64,000 nt of DNA from Callorhinchus milii (lineage: Eukaryota): positions 2,916,001 to 2,980,000 of the forward strand of contig NW_024704742.1 in assembly GCF_018977255.1 (NCBI RefSeq), in the 5' to 3' direction. The position numbers and the translations under genes are program-made. Shown here piece after piece: positions 48,400-61,833 of this stretch; position 1 is the stretch's first letter, and every line of letters starts with the position of its first letter. The notes beneath the pieces were generated by a model. That model was not told where the DNA came from, searched no databases, and saw nothing but the letters and a program-made list of their open reading frames with translations.

Positions 48400-49300
48400 T
48401 AAAGGTTCTGAGAGAGCATTCCCCTTTTATTATCACAGTCTGCTTCCAATTTCTAAACGAATCGTTTTGATTAATTTTCCACTGGATATTTTATAATATC
48501 CTTCGTCCACTTTAGTTATTTCCTCAAAAAGTTTCAGTGGTTTGTCGGGCATGACCTATTTTTTCCTAATCATGTTTCATGCTCCTTTACAGCCTCTTTG
48601 CTCCTTAGATGAGCACTGACAACAGCCCTTATATGCTCTCAAGAATTACCCCGATTGCAGATGTTAGGTTAAGTGGTGTATAATTTCTAAACAAATGTCC
48701 CACTTCTTTCAAGATATAATTTCCTGTCTTCCCATCCAAAGGTAAAGCTCCTTTTTTATGGCTCTCCTAAAAGTTTTTACTTTGTCTATTTCCTCGCTCA
48801 TTTCCTTTAGGGTTTCAGAGTACATCTCATCTGTCTTGGGCATTTCAAGGATCTTTAGCTGAAGAGCTTCAAAGGATTTACTGTAAAGTGCAATGATTGC
48901 ATTTTGTAGGCAAAAAGAATGGCCGATTTGCGAACATCACTATGCCACGAATTGCTATGAAGTGAATGGATTTTTTTGCGGGGGGGCTTGTTGACCAGAA
49001 CATTGGGAGAAACTCCTTTCTCTATTAAAATAGTACCAAACCCCTTAACATCCAGTTGATCAGGCAGATGGGACCTCAGTTTCTGACTCAGAGGCTAGAG
49101 TGCTACCAGCTGAGCCAGGCTCGGTATATGTTCTGCTGTTGTGTGGTACTGAATCTTTAACTTTACCACAGTTTTCATCTGTGAAACTGAGGTGAAGAAT
49201 CCATTTAACACATTTGTTATTTATTGATCCTCCATAACATCTCACAAACATATCCTGCAAAGTGCCCAGATGTTCCATGAGACGCTGACTACTGCTGACG
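48400..49300 (-). mobile_element. Decayed CR1 LINE ORF2 (pre-RT and RT N-terminal part), split by a SINE
   Basis: Collinear minus-strand motifs VLNGFFTSVFTDE, LKEMSEEI, YTPLNLTS (cf. NYRPVSLTS), KNRSCPTN..FEEITKVDEG (cf. RSCLTNLL.FFEEVT..VDEG). Confidence 0.8.
48865..49122 (-). mobile_element. Deu-domain SINE inserted in CR1
   Basis: gaccagaacattgggagaaactcc and tctgactcagaggctagagtgctaccagctgagcca. Confidence 0.75.
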
Positions 49301-49844
49301 TGTCTAATGAATAGCTTTGGATTCCGTTAACTGCTGACTTCCATCTGTTTTTTTTGGTTGTTGTTCTCTTTCCTCTTTTAATCTCCCTTTTAGCTACCCT
49401 CAACTGGCATTTATGTGATTTCCAGTTCCGACAATATTTTCTTGTAACGGAAACATTTCGCTTTGGCTTTTCAGGTCAATTTTGACTTTTTTCATTCAGA
49501 CATGTGTTGTACTTAGTTCCACCATATATATATATTTTTACATGAACAAACAAGTCTTGTTTACAGTCGGATCCTGTTCAGCCAGGAACCTGGGGTTTAT
49601 CAGACTTTAGTCTTGTGATGTTTTGTATTGCCTGTAGCTCCTTCCATATGTGGCATTCAGACCCATCAGACCAGTTCTAGGCACTCATAAGACTCAAAAG
49701 ATTTTTTTACCCCCCCCTCTGTGAAATGTTAACCACTCAGAGACACTACCCCACACGAAGGGCACAGTATAAATGCAAGCTATTGGTGGTTCAATGTTCT
49801 AAGTAATGCTAGTAGTTGGATCATTGCTTTAACTTTGTACAAGG

Positions 49845-50066
49845 TTTAGCGCTTTGACCTCGCCCCCTCTCTTGCCTCCTTCAAGTCCCGTCTAAAGAAC
49901 TTGCTCTTCGACCATGCCTTCGGCCCCCCTTCCACTCCCACCCCCTGCCGTCCATCTCTCCTGACACCAACTCCCAGCTCGGGTGCAAAAACCTTGACTG
50001 TCCAGCTCCTTGGGATGTCTTTCCGACCTCAAGGCCGCAATACAAGTGTAATTTGTTGTTGTTGTT
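49845..50066 (+). mobile_element. L2 LINE 3' end
   Basis: SLASFKSRLKNLLFDHAF; (TTG)n tail. Confidence 0.85.
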
Positions 50067-50134
50067 AAGCATACCTTGCATACAGAATGACCCATTCGTG
50101 GCTATCCTCTGTGGATGGAGGGTGGGGGAAGGTA

Positions 50135-50700
50135 AATGAGGACTCCATTAGGCTGAGCTGGCTCCAAAGTGATGTGGTTAGACACTGAATTTCAGAATTG
50201 AGTCAACCCTCTGCTGTGGACTCGGAGGTCCGGGTCTGTAAACTCCCGGGGCACTGCTCATGACAACCAAGCCAGGCTCACTCATCAACAGGACTTGGAA
50301 GGGAAGACCAGTCACTGAAGGCACGGAGCCATCCCATTCAGCTCCTGGTAACCCTGCAAGGCAAAGGTAGGGTGGTCCTAGCTGGAAATACTGTGTAAGT
50401 TTGCCAGTCGGTACTTTCAATGGGAAGCTATGTGGTTCTAACTAATTAAACTCCAACAGATCTCCAACGCATGCTCAGGAGTCCCCGATTATTGTCTCTT
50501 GCAAACCCGCCCGTAATACTCTCTGAAATTAGATAAGCAGGATCCACCTCTCCAGGGGGAGAGTATGCATTACATTCCAGATGCAGGGAAATTTCCATGT
50601 GTAGGTGGCGTACGTATGTGGAACTCTCAGTCTGGTTTGCAAACTCTTTATGTGCGGTGATGGGTTCCTGCATGTGTCAGACACCCGGCTGACCAAAAAC
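50135..50700 (+). repeat. Unclassified interspersed repeat, long ~570-bp copy (copy 3 of 5)
   Basis: Collinear along its length with the reverse complement of 62972-63540 (e.g. gctgagctggctccaaagtgatgtg vs gctgaactggctccaagttgatgtg); ends cccggctgaccaaaaac. Confidence 0.85.
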
Positions 50701-51300
50701 CAAACCCAAATCAAAAATAAAATGTACACCGATTTATTTGCTGTGACTTTTACCTTCACCTCCCATGAATTACCTTTATCCCTTGAAAAGTCATGTTCTA
50801 ATTCAACTTAATTCAATAAATTTATGTGTATGGAAAATTGTTTTATCATAAACTGTAATTACTTTAATTGGTATAATTTGCAGATGGAAATACTGTGCAC
50901 GATTAACGTTAGACGGATGATTCATCATTTTAGTAGGTTGATGTTTGTCTGAAATGAGACGGTTATTGCTGATATAGATGGTTTTGTGTGTGAACCATAT
51001 CTCAACCAATTAACTACTTGAATTCAATGCCTAGGCTTTACGTGCGTGTGTGTGTGTATTCACTGGAACGTCACTTTGAATGCAGAGCACTAGATCAGTG
51101 CAAACAATGTTAATTTCTCACGTCAGTTTTGAATTAGAATGAGTAACTATGGGTAGTCAATAGGCTCTGGCAAAATTACAGCACTCAGTGAAAAGATTTC
51201 ATTTTTACTCAGAGCATAATTAAACAGTCACTCACTAACCCCCCCACCCCCCCTCCCCGATGCCCAGGAATCTTGTACATTTTCTAACTCGGTATGAGTA

Positions 51301-51530
51301 AATAATAAAAATAATAATAATCCTTGCATTTGATATAGCGCCTTATCACGCCTTTGAGACGTCTCAAAGCGCTTCACCGAATATACTGTAAATTTTGTGA
51401 CCGAAACACGGCAGCCAATTGCACACAGCAGTGTCCCACAAACAGTCGTGAATTGAGTGACCAAATTATTATTATTATTTTTTTTGAAGGGTTTATTACC
51501 CCTGGAAACATGATCTGCCAATCGACTAGT
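51301..51530 (-). mobile_element. tRNA-SINE long subfamily, 3' part
   Basis: aataatccttgcatttgatatagcgccttatcacg...ccaatcgacta. Confidence 0.85.
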
Positions 51531-52199
51531 AGTTGTATTTTCATCCTGAGTTTCACTTTGAGTGTAATACTAAGGTCAATAATAATAATAATAATAGTTA
51601 TCCTTGGTGAATAAATAACCATTGGGTTGAAATTGGATTAGTTACAATAAGAAAAACATTTATTTGAAAGTCACTATTTTAATACGAACTAAAAAAAACT
51701 TCAGCTGCAAAATACACAATAACAACACTTCAGAGTGAGTCCTGTGACGCACTTTGAGACTCCCTCTTGACATGAAAGGTGCTGCACCAAATGGAAGGAT
51801 AAGGATATAGGTTAGAAACCTGTACAGTTTTTACAACTTGCTCTTTTTTATTTCTCAGACTAATATATTTCCGAGACCTGCTTAAGGACAATAAACAGTC
51901 TGCTCTGAAAACATTGTCCTTATCAAAAGCAGAACTGTGCGAATGTAAAAAAAAATCCACTGAGCCCAAAGTCCACGATCAATAATACTGTTTTTGTTGC
52001 TTTACGAGATGGCTTCCGGCCAATAAACTGAAAACAACATCAATATCCGGAACCACTTAGAGCGGCGAATATTTTCTAGATTTTTGTTTGCCATCAAAAG
52101 ACATCCTAGCAATCGGTCGGGAAGGATGGAAATGTTTTGCCGATCACAGGATCGTTTGGTGTACGCGCCAGGCCAGAAACCAGAGGCCAGAAGTCCGAT

Positions 52200-52360
52200 A
52201 AAAGCAGAACGCAGAAAGCGATAGCCAGAGAATGAAATGGAAGGGAGTGTCGAGGGCGTCAGGAGGAGTAGCGGCTCGTGCAGTGCGTAAACAACGGCGC
52301 AAACTAGTTGGGCCCAAAGGGTCTGTTTCCGTGCTGTCACCTTGTATGTCATTCTATGCA
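52200..52360 (+). mobile_element. CR1-type 3' end
   Basis: gggcccaaagggtctgtttccgtgctgt...attctatg. Confidence 0.55.
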
Positions 52361-52994
52361 GAACAAAATCTATCGCTTAATCCAGGCCCTCGTTTCTACG
52401 ATCTGTTCACGCTACACGAAATGAAATGACTACTGTAGCTACTATACTGTACTGCAATAGCAATATAATAATTGAGTAACTATTTTCTCTCGTTCCAAGT
52501 CAAGAGGGATGGTCGACCGTTTGTCCCTCAGTGATGCCAGCAGCTGCCGAATGACCTTGAAGTCGGTCATTCGATATAGAGCAGGAACTAAGCCTAGAGA
52601 ACCAGCCGCCTGGCTCTGCACGCCTGCTGTGAAACTGGCTATCTCACCCCCTCATAGCGTGGATTAGGATGGCCATCTGTGGGACATTGCAGTCCGCAAA
52701 TTGGCTGCCGCATTTCGCCCATGAAATACACAGTCAATCCACTTTACGGTGTTTCCAGTGAAGCACTTTGAGACGTCTCAACATCATGGCAAAGCCCGAT
52801 ATTAAAAAATGAACGCATTATTATTAATAATATTAGGATTTTGTGTATCTCAACCCCCAGGTTATAATGGAGCTTCACAGTGGTACTGCTTCCTTCCTCC
52901 CTCTACTGCACCGTATTAATTTCAATAGTGGATTACGCTAGTACAGTTAATTCGACGCCTAAGGCATTACCTAAGGCACATTTTCAAGGCAGCT

Positions 52995-53175
52995 CTCAAA
53001 ACCCTCCTCTTCGACTGCGCCATCGGACACCCTCCTGTCCTCCCTGCCCTCCACCCTCCCTGATCCCAACCCCTCCACCCCCCACCCCACAGGTCCAAAT
53101 CCCTGACTGTCCAGTACCTTGGGACATCCTCCCGACATGAAAGGCGTTAGACAAATGTAATTTTGTATGTTGTAG
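52995..53175 (+). mobile_element. L2 LINE 3' end
   Basis: ctcaaaaccctcctcttcgactg...gggacatcctcccgacatgaaaggcg. Confidence 0.8.
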
Positions 53176-53920
53176 TGTGCCTGAAGAACTGCCCGTCAAT
53201 CAGAAGCATTCGTTAATATTTCTGGTATTTATTGTTTACATCAATGATGAAAACAATAATTACCATAAATTTTAAAAAAACATCAGCTTAAAGCATTATA
53301 AACAAACCGATGCTGATTTACTGACTAAATTCATGTTTTTTTTTCCTGCGTGCTGCGGGTCTACTCACGTATTCTGCCGCATTGGATAATCCAAGCTTCT
53401 GTCGTTCACCAAAATAACACAAATTGGGGAACAGTCATTTGGGAATAAGACTCGAAATATTTAAAGTTAAGGAATTCCGTTAGAGATCCCACATTTTGCC
53501 CACAATAATAATCATCCTTACATTTGGTGTAGCGCCTTTCATATTGCGAGGCTGTCTCAAAGGGATATACTGTAAAGTGTATTTAGTCACTGGGTGTTTT
53601 GTGGGCGATAGTAAAAGGAGTGGAATTGACTCAGGAACAGTGGCAGCTATAGATACTATCTGACATTCATGCTGTTTCTGTTGGGAAAATCTACATTGTA
53701 TACTGTCGGTTTCAAGATTAAAACGTGCTTTTGACGACAGATTTAAAAACATCAAAAATTAGAAAGGGTAAAAACTAATAGAAACCACATCTACGCTCAC
53801 TTTTAATATTAAGGTGATTCCGATAAACATAGCTTCCTTCCAAATTGGTAAAAGTTAAGAAATCAGAAAACCATAAGGCTGGAACTTCCTCCTAATCTCT
53901 TTCTCTGCTGGTTTTTTGTG

Positions 53921-54027
53921 TTTTGGTCAGTCAAGTATCCTACACTTGCGGAAACCCATCACCGGGCTTAAGAGCATCCAAACCAAACAGAGTTCCACAT
54001 GTGCGCACCACCTACAAATAGAAATTT
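53921..54027 (-). repeat. Unclassified interspersed repeat, 3' terminus (copy 4 of 5)
   Basis: Reverse complement reads gtaggtggtgcgcacatgtggaactctgtttggtttggatgctcttaagcccggtgatgggtttccgcaagtgtaggatacttgactgaccaaaa. Confidence 0.85.
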
Positions 54028-54074
54028 ATTTTTCTCCAGTAGGCAAGCGCTGCATTGTCAAAGGTCCTTTCAGG

Positions 54075-54290
54075 TGAGACTCTGAACTCATTACCACCAT
54101 GACTATTGAGGCTGGAACAACGGAATCGTCCAAAAGGGAACCAGACAAGTACTCGAGACTCAAAACCATTAAAAGGATGAGGGAGAAGGGCTGGAAAATA
54201 GGATTCATAAAAATTGTGCCTTAAATAACACAGAGCAGTGATCTAGATACAATGGGCTATGTGAGTCCTCCGTGATGAACATTTCAATGT
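54075..54290 (+). mobile_element. CR1 LINE 3' end, degraded
   Basis: IEAGTTESSKREPDKYSRLKTIKRMREKGWK resembles VEAGT...FKRELDKYL....I.GYGEKAGKW. Confidence 0.65.
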
Positions 54291-56024
54291 TAAAGTTTCC
54301 ACATTTCTGCTGTTTCAAAGCACTCGTGAGCACGAATGTTTCTCCCTAACTGGAGAGAACCGACACCTGCTCGTCACACGAGGAGAGTAAAGTGAACAGC
54401 AGATGCACATTCATCTCTTTTCTCAGGACCCATCATCACTGCCACTGCCAGAGCGACAGAACAAAAGGCATTCTCAGCATCTACCTGCCTGTCATTTCCC
54501 TTCCCGCAAGACCAAGCCAGGAATGGGCATACGTGCAACTAGGCTGCAACAGACTTGTATACCAGACCACACCAGACTACTTAAAATCAAGTTTCTTTTC
54601 CAACCAGATAATGAATGTAATTATATTGAGTTGAAACGAAAATGCAAAATGAAACAGTCCCTATCGCTTGCCATCCGTGGATAGAATGCAATAATGTATA
54701 GACAACAGCCCTGAGCAGACGGGGGTACTTTCTAGGAGAAAGTTAACAAACCCAAAGAGTTATCACTGTCAAACCCAAATAGACCATTTACTAATTAACC
54801 CCCAAAAGTCAGATTCATGTTGCGATGGTTTCAGAGGTTATGTTGCCCACGATCCCTGAACTCCCTATTCTTTCATGAACGGCTTCCATACTTATTTCTA
54901 AGAGGAGTGGAATACGTTACTGTCAGATGTCAAGACAAACATTTTTAAAAAATTTCAATTGAAATTTAAAGGATCAAGTCATTGGTTCTCGCTCAATGAC
55001 TTTGCGCAGCAGCCAATTTAGAAGGCGCGATGATGCCAGGATAGAATACCACTCAAGTTTACTTGCATTAGACGTTCTATACAATAAATTAATTGTGGTG
55101 TAAATTCAATTGGTTTTAATGGAAACAAGTAATAATTTAAAATATGCACCTACTATAAATGAGGCTATACAGGACCCTGGGAAAAAACTATAAAGTCATT
55201 AGAATCAAATCAAGGTTTGACTTAAGTTCTAAGGACTGGTTGTGGCAGATAGTCTACAATTGAAGATTTCATATTTTTGATGTTTGCTTTGTGTTGTACA
55301 AGCAATCTCAAAGGAAGCTCAGTTTGCTTGTTCAGATATCACAAATGTCAAAAGAAGAAAGGCGTTTGAATGTTATCTTCTCCCCGAAGGACTGTTCAAT
55401 GGTGTTTCATTCTCGTCAGATTTGCTCCTCTTCCCTCTCTGAAACGACTGCCTGTTCAGCATAACATCCCAAACAGCTCTAGAACAAGCCACCAAAGAAT
55501 CAAAAGCTTAAAAGGTTAATGGCTCTTTGGAGGCTCTCATTGACCTTTCGAAGTTCACACATAATGAAATTTCATGTAAAGGTCTCAGCCTGACGTCACC
55601 TTTGGAGGAGCTGAGGCTAGAAGGTGGAAACGTTTGATCACTAAAAGGATCAGAAATCATATTAACAATTCCCCCTCCCGCCCCCACACACACCCACCAA
55701 AAAATATGAATGTCACATTTGGTACAGCGCAGTCACATTCTGTGTGCACTCCAAATGTGCTCTTTGTTGAACATCAGCTGCAACATTCGATACAAGCTCC
55801 TACTGCTAACTCCTTGCCAACAGTCACTCCAGTTTAATTGCCGCTCTCCCAGCTTGTGCACATTGCAGAGCTCGAGTACTTGAACGCACGAAGGCGCAAT
55901 GCCACATGATCAGGGAGAAGAAGGAGAAGAACAACAACAACAATAATAGATTCTTGCAGTTGACGTAGAGCCTACGATGTCCAAGAACGTCTCACAAGGC
56001 TTCACAACGCGTGCGCTGACTAAA

Positions 56025-56255
56025 TTTATTTCACAAAGCGCCTTTCACTTCGGGAGGATGTTTCAAAGCGCTTCACGGGATTTCGTTGGAAAACGTAGTA
56101 ATTGTGTACTTTGTAGGCAAATGCCGCAGGCAGTTTGTCCACAGCAATGTCTCTCAAACTGCCATGAAGCGAGTGACCGATTTTATTTCGGGGATTGTCG
56201 GCCAGGGCACCAGGAGAAACTCCCTTCTCTTTTTGGATAGTGCCAAGGGATTTTT
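56025..56255 (-). mobile_element. Deu-domain SINE 3' half
   Basis: gcgcctttcacttcgggaggatg...ggccagggcaccaggagaaactcc...atagtgccaaggga. Confidence 0.8.
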
Positions 56256-58723
56256 TATCGTTCCCCATAAAGAGGTATAAACCTGACCAAGTGGAGGACC
56301 AAGCAGAGGAGATGAAGCAGGTCAATGTTTGCTGAGGGGAGAGAGTGGCCGAGGCAGTAGGCGGCAGGACATCGCAATAATAAATGCCTCCCTTGTCAGA
56401 GAAAACAAAGGAAGTTCACAGAACAACCTATGCTGTGCTTCTCCTCTCCACCACCCACCCCCCACCACTCCGCCCCGAGCTATCTACTCTAATCCCATTC
56501 CTCTGCTCTTTATGCATCTCTTTTAATATTATTTCCTCAGAGTATTTATCTAATTCTCTTTAAAATTCTATTATGGACATGTGTGCCTCTAATCGTGACC
56601 AGTAATGTACTTTGGTAATGAATGCTATTTTCCTCATCTTATTACCAGTGTGCAATAATTCAGGTTAATTATCAAAGGTCAAGTAGTTCATTTTCCGATG
56701 CTAAACTGTTACAATTGCCTGAATCCATTATTTTTCAGCCTGAAGTCTCGAGTTACTGTTGGCAGGGTGTTGCCACGCACGAATGTGGAAAATTCTACTG
56801 TTCTCTTATGTCTCAACGTTTTGTGTCTATTTAACAGCAGAAGTGCCTTAATCCATCCAGAAAGGGTGAAACTCCTCTGAAAGCCCTTCAGTTTTCCAAG
56901 CCAGTGTTATTCTGATTTGGGAAATGCCGTTTTAAACCTTGGTTTATGCTGTCGCAGTTGCTTAGTCCATACAGAACATGCCCTTCAAGGTTTTCTCCCC
57001 CACCCCTTTCCTCCCCCCCGCCAGCGTTATCCAGCCAAGCTTTAATTGACAAGGGTTGGTTATAATCAGCAAGAATAGTTATGAGTTAAAAGAAGGATAT
57101 GAATAAGTTTTTCCTACAACGGAGGATTCAGCTTCCTGGCTGTGTTAGAAAAACGTTATTTCAGCCTCCGCATTGAGTCTGATGTCGGTGTCGCATTGAC
57201 AATCCCTGGTGGAAACGTTGGAGTAGTCAACTGCACTGTACAGTAGAAGCTCAGTTACTATTCTAGTAACCTGGACAAATTTAATTTTGAGATTTATTAG
57301 CTCAAAAAGGAGCTCTTTTCTCTGCAAAGCAGAACTCCGCGAATGCCTTGTATCTGATTTATCACAGAACGCGGGGGAATTTGCATACACCTTTCATTTT
57401 CTTTTTCTGCCGCACTGTGAAAAAAATCCTTTTAATGATTTGAGGTTCTTTTAGGAATTAATAGGTGAGAGAAAAGTGCAGCTACCGCTCCAATGATCCT
57501 TCACACCCTCTACTATCCGGCTTACATTTCCCCAAAGTCTTTTGGCCTTGACCACTGCACAGGTGCAAACATTTCATCATGTTGAAACATCTCACAGTGC
57601 TTCACGGGTAGTGACAGTGACTGTTTTTGTAGCAAAGTCCCACGAACAGCCAATTAATCTGGAGGACTGTTAAACACCACACCCTTCTCTCTTAAAATGG
57701 TGTATTGCAGTATTTCATGTCCACCTTGGCTTAAAGTCGCGTTGCTAGAGATGATACCTCTGGTGATGCACTGCTCCTCCCATTAGGTAACAGACTATCA
57801 TAGAATCGTAGAATTATACAGCGCAGAAGGAGGCCATTCGGCCCAGCGTGTCTGTGCCGGCATAGTCAGCCAAGACTATGCGTTCAAGTCCTGTAGTGGG
57901 GCTCAAATCCACAAACTTCTGACCCAGAGGCAAAAGTGAACCAGGTTAACACACACGACGGAGACGAGGGAAGAGTGAGTCATTTGTTCACAGGGGTAAT
58001 AATAATAATCCTTGCATTTGACATAGCGCCTTATTATGTGTATAGATGAGACTCTCAAGGTGCTACACAGAATATATTGTAAAGTAAATTGACTGTGATG
58101 CAAGTGATATAAGTGGATTGAATGTGACATATACAATAATGATTGACAATGATATAAGTTCCCCCTACAGTTTGTGGGGTGGTGGTTTTGCGTTCAGGAA
58201 AAGAGCACCTTCCAATCGGTAATTTCTTAAGGGAGACTGAAATCAGGCAAAGTACCTAAACTGTCAGAAACCATCGCCTTGATACAGTAATAGACGAATC
58301 ATAGAATTATGGAATCACTGAGCGGTTCAGTTCGTATAGAAATGATCCAATTGAAGGGGCTTAAACATAATGTTTCTTTCATTATGCAACTCAATCTTCT
58401 GTTTCTTCTCCCGATCCCATAACCAGCATTAACGTTCATGTGCCTCAAAGGAAGCATTAAAAAAAATTGTTTCCAAGAAAATGGACCTTGAAAGGGATTG
58501 ACCTAATCCAGCACTTTACTTGTCCATAGGGACGCACTGCAAGCTCGAGTACACCGTTGTAAGCAGAGATACATTTGCAAAGCATCAAATAATCTTTATT
58601 TAAATGTTATTTAAATGTTACCAGGATCAAGAACGTTTATTTCAGCGGTGCAGTAAATTTAGAATTCCATTGAAAATAGTGAAGAATACATCCGCTGATT
58701 GTGATGTGTTGGTCATTTACTTC

Positions 58724-58955
58724 ATAATAATAATAATAATAATTCATGCATTTCATATTGTGCCTTACCACGTCTTCGAGACATCTCAAAGCGCTTCACA
58801 GAATTTACTGTAAAGTGAATTGACTGTATATTTTGTGGGGAAAATCTAGCAGCCAATTGCACACAGCAGCGTCCCCACAAACAGTCGTTGGTTGAAGTGA
58901 TCAATTTATCATTTTATTAAGGAATTATTACCCCCAGAAAAATGATTTGCCAATG
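58724..58955 (-). mobile_element. tRNA-SINE long subfamily, 3' part
   Basis: (taa)n...gtcttcgagacatctcaaagcgcttcacag...attattacccccagaaa. Confidence 0.85.
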
Positions 58956-59488
58956 GTCATTCGAGGCACGTGAACAATAATTGCTGGGTGTAAATGGGCT
59001 TCTGCGTTCGAACACAAAATACACAGTCACTACACTCTCCAGGAAATCATCCGAAGGGATTTGAGACTGTCTCCTGACATGAAAGGCACTATTTCAAATG
59101 CATGGATTATTTTCGCGAATAATAGTAAAATCATTTGTTATTGAAATTAATGGGTACCATTTGGAGATAGAAATAGCATTCCCATGACCTAGATAAGGAA
59201 ACCGGCTTTCGTCTGTTTCTTTGGGTATTGTATTTTACAGCTGACGCATTATGGAGGTAAATGAGGGAAAGGTTACATCAAGTATAATTCAGGAACACAT
59301 TTGCAGTAATCCTTAACATGTTCCTCATATTAATTAGCACAAGGAACATCACAAATCTTACCCCCATTAGTCAAAGTGCAGTTGAGGTCTCATTAGTGGT
59401 TTGGGGCCAGGTAACAGGCAAGAGTTGATGAAAATTTCTGCAACACGTTGGGCTGTAACTATACCTGATGCAACATAATAAATAACAG

Positions 59489-59805
59489 TAATAATAATAA
59501 TCCTTGCATTTGATATAGCGCTTTTCACGTCGGGAGGACGTCCCAAAGCGCTTCACAGAACACACTGTAAAGTGAATTGACTATATTTGTGGGCGAACGC
59601 GGCAGCCAATTGCGCACAGCAATGTCCCACAAACAGTCGTGGATTGAAAATGACCAATTTATTATTGTTTTTGGTTTTGGAGGGATTATTATTAGGCTCT
59701 GTGTGGAGTAAGGAAACTTGCCCGAGGTTTCGCCCTCTGCCTGGAATTGAACTCAGGTCTCTCACTTGCAAAGCGAGTGCTCTAACCACTGAGCTGCAGG
59801 ACTCC
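59489..59805 (-). mobile_element. Full-length young tRNA(Ala)-like SINE (short subfamily)
   Basis: Reverse complement differs from 21724-22044 by about 7 substitutions and one 2-bp deletion (manual count). Confidence 0.95.
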
Positions 59806-60449
59806 ACTGTTCTTTGCAAAACATAATCGTTTGCAAAGAATATTGCCTCTCTTTGCTACTATCCCTTTCCATCATATTTTTGTTTTCATCACTTCTCCCA
59901 TTTTATAACTTTTATTTATTCTCAGTGACTCGAACACATCCCTGAACCTCGAGATGTGAGTAGGACATAAATGACAGTACAATGGTGAGGTTCTTGAAGG
60001 GTCCTGGAGGAACTCTACAACTTTTTGTGTTTAATCTCTGAGAATTTTAGAGAATTTCAAAGGGCACATTTGCAGAGGTGAAAAATGTGACATTGAATGT
60101 CAGGATTTTTGACAGACACTGAGATCCCAAACTGTATTTTTTTTAAAAAAAATGTTAGCGATTTTTCTTTAATCCAGATATTTTTCTAATTTTCTCCCCA
60201 CGGGGGATTACACGGGTCCAGGGAAAGGGCAGGCAAATGGGACTGAAATTATTGCTCTTGAAAGGAACCAGATCCCACAATAATAATAATAACGATCCTT
60301 GCAGTTGATAGGGCACCTTATCACGTCTTCCAGACGTCTCAAAGCGCTTCGCAGGATGCACTGTAAAATGAAGTGACTGCATATTTTGTGGGCGAATGAT
60401 CTTCTTGTGCGCTGCAAATTTCTATGCAACTCACTGACGTACATCTCTT

Positions 60450-60715
60450 CGCTCTGAGCCTGGTCTCCAGTTGCTGGGGTGCACTTGAACGGGTGTGGAT
60501 TGCCCTCCAATATCTTGCCCAAGTGGCCATGGTTTATGTGTGAGCCTTGGCAGCGAGTGTTTGGCAGGCAACTCAACTGTAGAGGGCTTCAATCAAGAGA
60601 AACTTCTGTGGAGGAACCGGTAGCAGGAACTCTGGCTATTTTGGTTTCCCTTCCCTGAACCCAGGCAAGGCCAGGGCTAATTTAACCTCTCGCGCAGACC
60701 CTGGCAATTCTGATC
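60450..60715 (-). mobile_element. Ancient SINE-like family copy
   Basis: ttgcccaagtggccat...gtgtgagcct..cagcgagtgtttggcaggc...gcaggaactctggct; homologous to the 22.6 and 28.5 kb copies. Confidence 0.6.
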
Positions 60716-61833
60716 CAGTCATATCAGTGTTGGGTAACAAGTGGGGCTGAAAGGCTTTCATTCTGGGTAGTAAAAAGAAAGATGTCAGAGCTTGGAGACG
60801 CCTGATCCATTTCGGGGGGCGGGAGGTTAACTCCCAAAACTGTTGCTGAAGCTAAGATTGGATAATTAGTGAGATAATTATCATCAACAATAATTATAGG
60901 ACTAAATGTTGCGTTTTTCACCCACGGTTTCTTTGGGCTCTAAAATCCTCGAGCGGAATGGGTGCTCTTAATACTTCCTTGGAACCTATAAAGCCTTATA
61001 GAAAGCGGGTAAAATGCTGAGAGTCTGAAGCTTGGAAGCTCCGTCTTTAAGCAAGAATGCTTACAGTTGCGAGGTTGCGCCTTCAAAGAAACTCATGAGG
61101 AAGGTAAAGAGAGATGAATGGACACTCGGGGAGTAAAAATATTAAAGAACACAGTGAGAAGGTGCAGGTCTGTATGAATTTGTACAGTTAATAAGCAATG
61201 CTCAGCTGCAGTAGTCTGAAGTAAAATATCATTGAGTAGGTTCTAATGGATTTCATTGTAATTCTAGCTTGGCTTTCTCCTTAAATGTAATTGACGGCTT
61301 TGCAGCGATGTAAAACCACCAGCTTTTAGTGTAACCCAGCGTTACCGTGGCTCAGCTACAAGAAACAAAATATACTGGGAATCTCTATCGACACAAAACC
61401 ATTTTTATTCCCCCTCTCTGCCTAAGAATCAAAGCATTCATTTCCGAACAAATTGTTGGCACGGAAAAGCATAATTAAGGTTCACTTTTTGACCATTCGG
61501 TAAATTATGTTTTATTGTTGCAGCGTGTGCACTTCCACACGTTGCTCATTGATGCTTCGACTGGTGTGTTTGTGCATGCGAAGGGTGAATTATCTCGTTG
61601 CTGTGCTGAAAGCACAGTCTTATGGAATCCATGATCCTCTGTGACCGAGTGACCTGAGTGCCACAATTATATCCCTATTGATGCATCATTAAATCAATAC
61701 CTCATTGTTGGTGCCATTTACAGCTTGATGGGATTTTCCCAGACAAAATAAAACCTCAGTCAAGACGTGTTTGGAAATGTCATGATCTTAATATTTTTCA
61801 AGTTGATTCTCGGTAAATTACATTGGAAAAATC

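Noticed and set aside
54026..54208. Minus-strand ORF with a signal-peptide-like start (MNPIFQPFSLILLMVLSLEYL)
   Set aside because: It is the antisense reading of a degraded CR1 3' end
55385..55430. Hammerhead ribozyme core on the minus strand (ctgacga-gaat-gaaac...gtc)
   Set aside because: Stem II has only 4 nt, and stems I and III do not pair
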